NCBI GenBank assembly: GCA_965199855.1
Contig: OZ241326.1
Coordinates: forward strand, 256,001-320,000
Length of the DNA stretch: 64,000 bases
DNA from: a bacterium
GTDB lineage: Bacteria > UBA8248
Direction of reading: 5' to 3'
Shown: one piece after another, positions 50,060 to 58,328 of the stretch
How the letters are laid out: each line of letters starts with the position of its first letter
Numbering within the stretch: the first letter of the stretch is position 1
Translations under genes and position numbers: made by a program
The notes under the pieces: model-generated
The model's database searches: none
Seen by the model: only the letters and a program-made list of their open reading frames with translations
Told to the model about the DNA's origin: nothing

Positions 50060-53000
50060 CTAGAACCTCACGCCCAGGCTGAGGCGGCCGCCGTAGGTCT
50101 TCTCGCCGGAGCCCAGGCCGGAGGCGGAGAGGTCGGCGTCCAGCGAGAAGCAGCCCGCGCGCCAGCGCGCCCCCATCCCCAGCAGAAGGCGGGTCTTCTC
50201 CGCGCGCGCGTGGAGCCGCTCGCCGGAGACCTCGACCGTCGTCCTCTCGCCGCTCAGGATCTCCTCCACGTCCGCCGAGCCGCGCAGGGCGAGCCTCCCG
50301 CCCCCCACGTCCAGGGGATCGGCGGCCTCGGCGAGCACCCCCACCCCGCCCGTGAGCCTGTCGCCCCGGACGAGCGAGAAGCGCGCCCCGGTCGCGTCGG
50401 TGAAGTCGTCCATCGAAAGCCGCGATCTCGCCAGCCAGGCGCGGGGGGTGAAGGAAAGCCTCGCGCTTCGGAACGCCGCGCGCCGCCCGGCCTCCATCTC
50501 CAGGGAGCGGACGATCGCCCCCGCGTCGCTCTTGAGCGCGCCCATGCCCTTCGAGGAGAAGTCGGCGAGGTATTCCGTCGCCAGCAGACCCCCGCTCACG
50601 TACCAGCCGCCCGCGCTCCGCCAGGAGCCGCCCGCGCCCAGACCCAGACCCTCGACCTCCATCTTCCCCCTGTCGCCCGGCGTCGAGACGCGCGCGGAGC
50701 CCTCCGAGAGGCGGATGAGCCCCCAGGCGCTCAGCCCCCGCGTCCAGGGAAGGAAAACCTCCCCGCCCGCCTCCGCCTCGAAGCGGTCGAACTCGCGCTT
50801 CCCGCCCACGGTCGAGCCCCCCGAGCCCGAGCTCCGCGCCCCGGAGAGCCTGACCCACACGGGCGCGTCCGGGGAGAAGAGACCCCCGCGACCCCCCGGC
50901 CCCGAGCCCGCGCCTCCCGCCCCTCCCGCGCCCCCGGCGGCCAGACGCGCCAGAAGCCCCGGAAGCGCCTCGTAGAGACCCGCGCGCGGAGCGAAAACAT
51001 CGATGAAGTCGGCGGAGGAGAAGTTCCGACCCAGAATGGTCCCGCTCGGCCGCACGGCGACGTTCCGCGCCCCGATCGTCGCCACGACGCCCGTCGCGCC
51101 CCGCTCCGCGTCGTGCAGCCGCAAGCCGTTGACGAGGATGTCCGTGCCGCCCCTCTCGTTCCTGATCCAGCCGTCGCCGATGGCCTCCCGCACCCGGCGG
51201 GTGGGGGGCAGGCGCAGACCCAGGCGCAGGCGCGACGCGGCGTCCCCCAGGGATTCCACCGCTATCCCGTCCACGCCCGACAGACGCCCCGCGGCGCCCA
51301 GCGCGAGCGTCCCGCCACGATCAAAGCGCACGCGACCCGCCGACCCGTCCAGCCGCACCGCGCTGGCCGCCAGATGAATCGTTCCCGCCACCTCGCCGCC
51401 CTCGGAGACCGCGACCGTATGATCGCCCGCGCCCAGCCCTTCCACGTCGCCTTCCACCAGACCGGAGATGATCGCCGTGAAATCGCCCGCGACCTCGCTG
51501 TGGATGTTCCCCGCGACCCCGCCGCCGGGGGCGACGTTCACCGTATGATCGCCCGACCCCAGCCCCTCCACGTCGCCTTCCACCAGACCGGAAATGATCG
51601 CCGTAAAATCGCCCGCGACCTCGCCGCGGAGGTCGCCTTCGACCCTCCCCGCCACCGTCGCGTGGAAATCCCCGGACCCGTCCGCCAGGACGCCCACGCC
51701 GGACGCCGCGCTGATCCTCCCCGCCGCGCCCACCGCGAGCCTGCCGCCGCCCTTCATATAGACGCCCGCGCCGGCTCCGCCCGCGACCCGCCCGTCAATC
51801 GAGACGCTCTGGGCGAGAAAATTTCCCGCTCCCGCGCCCGCCCCTGAAAGATAGAGCCCGTTCGCGCCGCCCGAGACACTCGCGCCCTCGGCCACGCGCA
51901 CCGCTATGCCCCCGTTCCTCTCGTGAGGAACCGCGTAGAGCGCCTCCACGCCGTTGCCCTCGGCGGCTATCGTCCCTCCGGTCACGTCCACGCGGATGTC
52001 GCCCGCGTTGTAGCTCGCCGCGAGCCGGCGGACGTCGTTCTTCCAGGCGTCCGCGTAGCCTTCGGGAAGGGCGGCGAGAGCGCCCTCCAGATCGCCGCCC
52101 GTCAGCGCCGCCGCCAGAACCGCCCGCTCGGCCGCCGTGAGGGCCTGCTGCGCCGCGAGCGTTTCCCGCTCCTCATCCGACAGGGGAGGCCAGTAGCGGC
52201 GCGGAGGGACCAGGTTCGGATCCACGTCGCCCTCCGCGACGCGCCTGGCGAGGGCGCGGTGCTCCTGGGCGACGGCGCGGACGCCCGCGCGCGAAAGCCC
52301 CAGAATCCCGCCCGCCTCCGCCTCCGCCGCGGCGAAGTTCCCGGTCGGCTCATGGCCGCGCTTGCGAAGAAGCTCCCGCGCCTGCGCCTTCCAGTCGTCG
52401 TCGTAGGCGGCGGGAAGGGCGGCGAGCGCCGTATCCAGCGCGTCTGAATCACCCGCCGTGACGGCGTCCAGGACGGCGCGCTCGCCCGTCGAGAGCGTCC
52501 CGTCCTCCCCCGCCACCCTGGCTCTTATGAAGTCGTCCATCACGCCCACGCCGACGGTGATGTCCCCGCTCGTCTCGACGTGGAGGATGGGCTCCGTCCG
52601 CTCCTGGGGCGGGTCGGCGGCTTCTTCCCCCTCCCCCTCGGCCTCGTCCGCTTCCTCCGCGAAGGTGGAGCCGCTCGAAAGCTCGACGCGGGCGAGAACG
52701 CCGACGGCGCGCGCCTCTATCTCCCCCGCGTGCTCGATGCGAATGCCGTCCGCCGCGATCTCCCTCCGCGCGTTGGGCGCGGCCTTGTTCTCCAGCCGCG
52801 CCTCCGCGCCGACGCCGAACGGCGTCTTTATCGCGCTCTCCGCGTCAATCGTCACGGAGGCGGAGCCCGCGTCGACATGGCGGACGTATGCGCCGACGGC
52901 GCCCAGCCCCTCCGTAGAGACGGCGGCGGCGCGCAGGGAGACGAAGGTTTTCGTCTCCACTCGGAGTCCCCCGCCCGGCGTCGAGTAGTCCGCGAAGACG

Positions 53001-54199
53001 CCGTGAGCCCCGTCGCCCTCCGTCGAGACGGCGCCGTCCCGGAAGTCGAGGAAGATGGAGCCCTCCCCATTCCGGAAGTAGAGGCGGGCGTGGACGCCGT
53101 GGGAGGCGCGGCCCTTCGTCCGGATGTCGACGCCCGCGATGCCGCCCGCGTCGTCGCCCGCCCCGGGGTCGCCCGCGTCGAGGCGGGACACATCGATATA
53201 GACGGCTGTGGCATCGTCGCCCTCCGTCGAGACGGCGCCGCCCCGGAACCTGAGGACGGCCCTGCCCGAGCCCGACGTATAGCCTCTGATATGGAAGCCC
53301 CTGGCTTCCTCGCCTTTCGTCGTGACGGAGACGTCCTCCAAATCGAAGACGATGCCGTCGGTGACGGCTCTGACGCCGGTGGCGCGCGCGCCGCTCGTCG
53401 AGACGCGAAAATCCTTCATCCCGATGAGGGTGCTGGCGGGGCGGCCGCTGAGTCTGAAGTGGTTGATATTGAGGCCGTAGGCGTAGTCGCCCGTTGTCGT
53501 GACGGAGCCGTCCCGGGCGTCCATCTCGATGTCGCCCTCCAGGGACCCAAAATAGACGCCGTAGCCGAAGTCGCCGCTCGTCTCGATGGAGGAGCCGCCC
53601 TCCATTCTGAACAGGGCGTCGCCGTAGCCCCCGTCGATCCGGGCGCCAGAGCCGCTGCTCTTGACGACGACGCCGTTCGCCAGGTGAACGCTGACGTCGC
53701 CTCTGCCCGCCTGCTGGCCCCGGACGCCGTAGTTGAAGCCGCCGGTCTGCGTGACGGAGCCGCCCGACACCCTGACGGCGAGGCTGCCGGTCTGTATCCG
53801 GCCGCCGAAGCCGCGCGCCCGGTAGCCATAGACGGGCGTGTTCGCCGCCTTGACGGCGGTGTCCGTCACGCTGACCCTGATGGAGCCCGCGCCGTCGTGT
53901 CTGGCGAAAACGCCGTGGGACCAGTCTCCGCCCGTGAGATCGCTGTCCGTCACGTCGATCTCGATGGAGCCCGTGCCGTCGATCTCGCCGTGAATGGCGG
54001 GGGTGCCGATCGGCGCCGTGATGGTGACGCTCGCCGCGTTGATGTCGACGTTGGCGGTGGTTCCGCTGGCGACCTGGCACCTGATCGTGTCGGTCGCGCC
54101 CGGCGCGTCGCTGCAAACCGCCGCGGCCCGCGCCTCGCCCGCGCAGAGGAAGATCGCCAGAAAGGCCCCCGGGACGAGCGCGGCCGCCCGCGCCCTCAC
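50060..54199 (-). CDS. Autotransporter (type Va) surface protein, 1379 aa
   Basis: Signal peptide; V.T.G..A.G beta-helix repeats; C-terminal amphipathic beta-barrel ending LGVRF; AAAGGAG SD 6 nt before GTG. Confidence 0.85.
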   Translation of the reverse strand: MRARAAALVPGAFLAIFLCAGEARAAAVCSDAPGATDTIRCQVASGTTANVDINAASVTITAPIGTPAIHGEIDGTGSIEIDVTDSDLTGGDWSHGVFARHDGAGSIRVSVTDTAVKAANTPVYGYRARGFGGRIQTGSLAVRVSGGSVTQTGGFNYGVRGQQAGRGDVSVHLANGVVVKSSGSGARIDGGYGDALFRMEGGSSIETSGDFGYGVYFGSLEGDIEMDARDGSVTTTGDYAYGLNINHFRLSGRPASTLIGMKDFRVSTSGARATGVRAVTDGIVFDLEDVSVTTKGEEARGFHIRGYTSGSGRAVLRFRGGAVSTEGDDATAVYIDVSRLDAGDPGAGDDAGGIAGVDIRTKGRASHGVHARLYFRNGEGSIFLDFRDGAVSTEGDGAHGVFADYSTPGGGLRVETKTFVSLRAAAVSTEGLGAVGAYVRHVDAGSASVTIDAESAIKTPFGVGAEARLENKAAPNARREIAADGIRIEHAGEIEARAVGVLARVELSSGSTFAEEADEAEGEGEEAADPPQERTEPILHVETSGDITVGVGVMDDFIRARVAGEDGTLSTGERAVLDAVTAGDSDALDTALAALPAAYDDDWKAQARELLRKRGHEPTGNFAAAEAEAGGILGLSRAGVRAVAQEHRALARRVAEGDVDPNLVPPRRYWPPLSDEERETLAAQQALTAAERAVLAAALTGGDLEGALAALPEGYADAWKNDVRRLAASYNAGDIRVDVTGGTIAAEGNGVEALYAVPHERNGGIAVRVAEGASVSGGANGLYLSGAGAGAGNFLAQSVSIDGRVAGGAGAGVYMKGGGRLAVGAAGRISAASGVGVLADGSGDFHATVAGRVEGDLRGEVAGDFTAIISGLVEGDVEGLGSGDHTVNVAPGGGVAGNIHSEVAGDFTAIISGLVEGDVEGLGAGDHTVAVSEGGEVAGTIHLAASAVRLDGSAGRVRFDRGGTLALGAAGRLSGVDGIAVESLGDAASRLRLGLRLPPTRRVREAIGDGWIRNERGGTDILVNGLRLHDAERGATGVVATIGARNVAVRPSGTILGRNFSSADFIDVFAPRAGLYEALPGLLARLAAGGAGGAGGAGSGPGGRGGLFSPDAPVWVRLSGARSSGSGGSTVGGKREFDRFEAEAGGEVFLPWTRGLSAWGLIRLSEGSARVSTPGDRGKMEVEGLGLGAGGSWRSAGGWYVSGGLLATEYLADFSSKGMGALKSDAGAIVRSLEMEAGRRAAFRSARLSFTPRAWLARSRLSMDDFTDATGARFSLVRGDRLTGGVGVLAEAADPLDVGGGRLALRGSADVEEILSGERTTVEVSGERLHARAEKTRLLLGMGARWRAGCFSLDADLSASGLGSGEKTYGGRLSLGVRF

Positions 54200-54486
54200 G
54201 CCGCGCTCCTTTTCATGTCGGTGAGTCGGTGAGTCGGTGAGTCGGTGAGTCGGTGAGTCGGTGAGTCGGTGAGTCGGTGAGTCGGTGAGTCGGTGAGTCG
54301 GTGAGTCGGTGAGTCGGTGAGTCGGTGAGTCGGTGAGTCGGTGAGTCGGTGAGTCGGTGAGTCGGTGAGTCGGTGAGTCGGTGAGTCGGTGAGTCGGTGA
54401 GTCGGTGAGTCGGTGAGTCGGTGAGTCGGTGAGTCGGGCGCAGTATGCCGCGTTTTCAGGGCGCGGCCAAGCTCTCGGGCGGACAT
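54196..54486 (-). CDS. Putative leader ORF running through the tandem repeat
   Basis: AGGAG 10 nt before ATG 54486; reads (DSPTHRLT)n; stop overlaps the autotransporter GTG (GTGA). Confidence 0.4.
   Translation of the reverse strand: MSARELGRALKTRHTAPDSPTHRLTDSPTHRLTDSPTHRLTDSPTHRLTDSPTHRLTDSPTHRLTDSPTHRLTDSPTHRLTDSPTHRLTDMKRSAA
54217..54437. repeat. Perfect 8-bp tandem repeat (GTCGGTGA) x about 27.6
   Basis: Directly visible; lies 17 bp upstream of the autotransporter start. Confidence 0.98.
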
Positions 54487-54560
54487 GGAATCAGGTCTCC
54501 TCGCGCGTTCCATCCTGATGACGAATTCATCCGTTCCCGTTCCCGGTCGAACGGCGGGAG

Positions 54561-54590
54561 ATTATGCGGATGCGGAGCGGGTCTTGTCAA
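54561..54590 (-). promoter_or_regulatory. Sigma70-type promoter for the autotransporter locus
   Basis: Minus strand TTGACA-18 nt-CATAAT. Confidence 0.65.
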
Positions 54591-54644
54591 CAAAAAAACC
54601 GACAGCCCCCGCGGGGACGGCGGAGGACGCGGGGGGCATGGCTT

Positions 54645-54945
54645 CGCAGGGGCGGTTGCCTATGATGATGGGCCGTAGGGGCGGTTCGGGAACCGCCCGT
54701 TTTGACGGGAAGGCAATCAAACCCCCGGATTCCGGCCTTCGCCGGAATGACGACCGAGGATTCCCCCTACGGCGGTGAACGCAGATTTCATGGTTTCGTA
54801 AGTGAAACGCGAGAGCGTTTCCATATATGCGTCCCGCGCCGTTTTCCATTGATGCGGCGCAGGCGGTTCCCGAACCGCCCCTACGGGGATGGTCGCCCAT
54901 GGAGGGTAACGGGCCGTAGGGACAACCCCCCGTGGTTGTCCTTCG
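54645..54945. repeat. REP mosaic left of the IS
   Basis: GTAGGGGCGGTTCGGGAACCGCCC, GGATTCCGGCCTTCGCCGGAATGACG and GTAGGGACAACCCCCCGTGGTTGTCC. Confidence 0.88.
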
Positions 54946-54987
54946 TCAAAAAACAACGGAATGAGTAGTTAGGGGCTTATCTCTCAT

Positions 54988-56541
54988 TCAACCGAGTTTC
55001 CGCGCTCCCGGGAGCGAGGGCTGTTCGAGGCCCATCCCTGAAACGCTCGGCGTATGAAACCGCCTGCCGCCAAGTATTTCCTCAACCGTCAGTATTTGCA
55101 TCCGTGAATAGTTCACCCCGTCGGCGATCAGATCGCCCGCATCCGCGATGACCTTATCAAAGTTTCTCTGTTGAATCTCTCCCAACGGCTCCATGATGAT
55201 CAAACCCGCCATAGGTATTAAGTCGTCATTGAGAACGCCGCGCAACGCCCTCATATCCTTGATGGAGACGCTCTTGCCCCCCTTGACTTCAATCGCCATG
55301 CTTCGGAGGTCGTCCGTGCCGGGCATCGAGAAATAAAGCCGCCCGTCAATTCCTCCGTCCGCCGTTTTCTTGGTCGTGACGAATCCATCTACTTGCTCCA
55401 CCGCCCATTTTTGGAAGTGATACTTGTCGCGCTCCCAAAGGTCTTTCGCGCCTTCCAGGTTGCGCGGCACGCCCTCGACGATGAAGTCCTGCCCATCGAC
55501 CAGCCCAAGCCGATCCTGCAATCGCATCCGCGCTACGCGCTTTATGGCGTGAATGGCGATGTCGATCCCTATCCAGCGCCGCCCCAGCTGATGCGCCGCT
55601 TCAAGGGTCGTACCGCATCCGCAAAAGGGATCAAGCACCACGTCGCCCGGGTTTGAGGAAGCCTTGATGATGCGTTCGAGAAGGGCGAGAGGCTTTTGGG
55701 TGGCGTAGCCGAGGCGTTCTTTCGCTTGAGGATTGATGACAGGAATCTCAAATACGTCGAATGCGGGAACGCCCCGATTCTTCCTGTAAATGACGCGGTG
55801 AAAATTATGGGGATTCACCGCGCCGCTTTTGACTGCCTTTTCGTAGTTCTCCTTGTTTTCGATGATGATTTGCCTGTATTTTTTCCCTTCGTGTGTATAT
55901 GTGTTCGTGTTGTATCCTCGCTTCATGGGGGCGCGGGTTGGAGAGGCGGGAACATATTGCGCGTTGAACGTATGCTTTTTCCCCTTGGAATAGAAAAGGA
56001 TAACGTCGTGCATCCTTTGAAAGCGATTCGCCTGCGCCGCCCATCGACGATAGAACCAGATAATCTCGTTCCTGAAATTGCCATGCCCGAAAATCCCGTC
56101 CATCAGAATTTTGAGATAATGGCTCGCCGTCGGGTCGCAGTGCAGATAGATGGATCCGGTCGGTTTGAGGATGGCTTTCATTTGCATCAGGCGCTCGACC
56201 ATGTAGGAGAGATAGGCGAGAAGGCGCGGCTGCGTGTCCCGCAGGGCGTTCATCCATAGTTTCCAGAGTTCCGCTACCCAGATATCCATTCCCGTCTCGC
56301 GCATCAAAACGGGCATCTGGCGTATGGCGCGGTCGCGCTCCTTGTTGAGCTCCCACATGTCGCAGAACGCTTCTATCTGATCGGGCAGCGGTCGCCCCGT
56401 CTCATCCCTGTAAATGGAGTTGTAGGCGCGGTTCGAGTTGAACGGCGGGTCGAGATAGATCAGGTCCACGCTGGCGGACTTCATATGATCGCGCATGATC
56501 GTAAGGCAGTCGCCGTAGTAGAGCCTGTTGGGGCCCTTCAT
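54988..56541 (-). CDS. N6/N4 DNA methyltransferase with C-terminal PD-(D/E)XK (Mrr-like) domain, IS passenger
   Basis: YLDPPF, YATQKP..LL and DPFCGCGT motifs; C-terminal DGGIDG...IEVKGG. Confidence 0.88.
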   Translation of the reverse strand: MKGPNRLYYGDCLTIMRDHMKSASVDLIYLDPPFNSNRAYNSIYRDETGRPLPDQIEAFCDMWELNKERDRAIRQMPVLMRETGMDIWVAELWKLWMNALRDTQPRLLAYLSYMVERLMQMKAILKPTGSIYLHCDPTASHYLKILMDGIFGHGNFRNEIIWFYRRWAAQANRFQRMHDVILFYSKGKKHTFNAQYVPASPTRAPMKRGYNTNTYTHEGKKYRQIIIENKENYEKAVKSGAVNPHNFHRVIYRKNRGVPAFDVFEIPVINPQAKERLGYATQKPLALLERIIKASSNPGDVVLDPFCGCGTTLEAAHQLGRRWIGIDIAIHAIKRVARMRLQDRLGLVDGQDFIVEGVPRNLEGAKDLWERDKYHFQKWAVEQVDGFVTTKKTADGGIDGRLYFSMPGTDDLRSMAIEVKGGKSVSIKDMRALRGVLNDDLIPMAGLIIMEPLGEIQQRNFDKVIADAGDLIADGVNYSRMQILTVEEILGGRRFHTPSVSGMGLEQPSLPGARKLG

Positions 56542-57412
56542 GCCAAAGCCGCCCGCTTGATGAACGCGGCGAAGGGATCAGCCTGTCTGCGGGCGTTGTA
56601 TTTGTAGCAAGCCTCGTGGATATAGGATTCGGCGTGCTTGCGGGTGTATTTGTGATGAGAGCCGAACCACGCCCTTTTGAGAAGTCCCCAGAAGCCCTCG
56701 ATGGTGTTCGTATGGGTTTCGCCGTCAGCGTAGTGGACGCTGTGATTGATGATCGCATGGGGCATTTCGCCCGAAATGCCCTTGTAGGCAGGGTATTCAT
56801 CCGTGATGAGAAGGGAGCCGCCGGGCCGAACCGTATCCCTGATGAAGCGGAGAATGCCGTTGGATGAGAGATCGTCCGCGATTCGGGCGGCTACCCCCCC
56901 CCGCGCTCCACGGCCCCGATAACGGATACTTTTCTGGTGCCGCGCCCGCGCTTGTTCGGCTTATCGCCGTCCCGCCTGTTGCCCTTGCGGGGCTTGCCGC
57001 CGATATAGCATTCGTCCGCCTCGATGATCCCCTGCAACAGTTCGCCTTCCAGTTTCATGGCGCGGCGAATTCGCATCCCCATATACCACGCCGTCTTTTG
57101 ATTCAGATCGAGATCGCGGGCGAGCTGGTGGCTGGATACGCTTTTCTTGGCGTTGAGGAGCAAGCCTATGGCGAGAAACCACTTTTGAAGCGGGATTTTC
57201 GTCTTTTGAAAGATGGTCTTGGAGAGAACGTTGAAGCTGGCTTTGCAGTAATGGCAATTCCACCGTCCTATCCGGTCGCCGTCCGCCTTGCGGGCGACCT
57301 TCAACCCGCCGCAAAGCGGGCAATACGGCTGATCGCCGAAGCCCACCTTTTCAAGGTGTTCGATGCAGTGTTCATGATCGGGATAGCGGCTGAAAATGCT
57401 GATCAAGTCCAT
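56538..57412 (-). pseudogene. IS1595-family transposase split by a frameshift in a G9 run
   Basis: CPLC...CHYC zinc ribbon, IEADECYIGG, ITDEY and HTNTIEGFW motifs; frame changes at 56894-56902. Confidence 0.9.
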
Positions 57413-57441
57413 TTCTGATCTCCCCATGTTGTGATATTCTC

Positions 57442-57470
57442 AATATACATCAGGGGGAGCAAATTATCAA
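57442..57470 (-). promoter_or_regulatory. Putative transposase promoter overlapping the inner end of the TIR
   Basis: Minus strand TTGATA-17 nt-TATATT. Confidence 0.6.
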
Positions 57471-57498
57471 GCCCCTAACTACTCATTCCGAAAAACAA

Positions 57499-58210
57499 AA
57501 CCCTGGATTCCGGCCTTCGCCGGAATGACGGCGGAATAGGGACGCGGGATTTGTGATTTCGTAGGGGCGGTTGCCTATGATGATGGGCCGTAGGGGCGGT
57601 TCGGGAACCGCCCGTTTTGACGGGAAGGCAATCAAACCCCCGGATTCCGGCCTTCGCCGGAATGACGGCGAAAGGCCAACCCCGGCGTCCCTTCGATCCG
57701 GCAGGGAACAGCATCGAGACGACGGCGAGGATTTCCCCTCCGCCGCGCGCCGCCCCGGAATCTCGTCATTCCGGCGAAGGCCGGAATCCAGAACCGGGGC
57801 GCGCGGCGGCGAACGGGCGTTCCCGGCCAATCCATGCGCGGGTTCCGTCCCCTGATGGGCAGGGACAGGTCGCGACCCGTCCCTGCGGAACGTTCGCGCG
57901 TCGGCGAGCTGGATGGGAATATGGCGCGAAGGACAACCACAGGGGGTTGTCCCTGCGATTCGCGCCGCGCCCTCCCCGCGCCCGCGAACGGGGCGCAAGA
58001 ATGGAAACGCTCTCGCGTTTCACCTACGAAACCATCGTCATTCTCGCCGTAGGGGACGCATTCATGCGTCCCGCCCGGCGTTCGACGGGGCGGGGATTAT
58101 GTTCCGTAGGGGCGGCCCCTCCCCGGGGCCGCCCCACAATTCGGGAACCGCCCGTATTCAGGAAGGGTTCGCATCGGAGGCGGCGGGTCGTTCCCGAACG
58201 ACCCCTACGG
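57499..58210. repeat. REP mosaic right of the IS
   Basis: Three CGTC-type ATTCCGGC..GCCGGAAT units and several GTAG/GCAG palindromes. Confidence 0.88.
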
Positions 58211-58328
58211 ATTGTCGCGCCGCTCCGGGGCGCCGCCCTCCCCGCGCCCGCGGGTTGCAATTTCCGGGCGCGCCGCCTAGGATGCCCCGCGACCGGACCG
58301 CCCCTCCCGACGCTCAGGAACGAACGAC

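Larger units (their letters stand above)
54957..57490 (-). mobile_element. IS1595-family element with passenger gene (2534 bp; ISNha5-like CGG ends)
   Basis: Perfect 22-bp TIRs CGGAATGAGTAGTTAGGGGCTT (54957-54978 and 57469-57490); 8-bp TSD AAAAACAA (54949-54956 and 57491-57498). Confidence 0.93.

Noticed and set aside
49066-50082. 338-aa ORF with repeated SFRRRPES / GGSRAA peptides (and similar ORFs at 54.5-54.9 and 57.5-58.3 kb)
   Set aside because: These are translations of REP palindromes
54217-54437. CRISPR array
   Set aside because: Contiguous 8-mer with no spacers; no cas genes in the window
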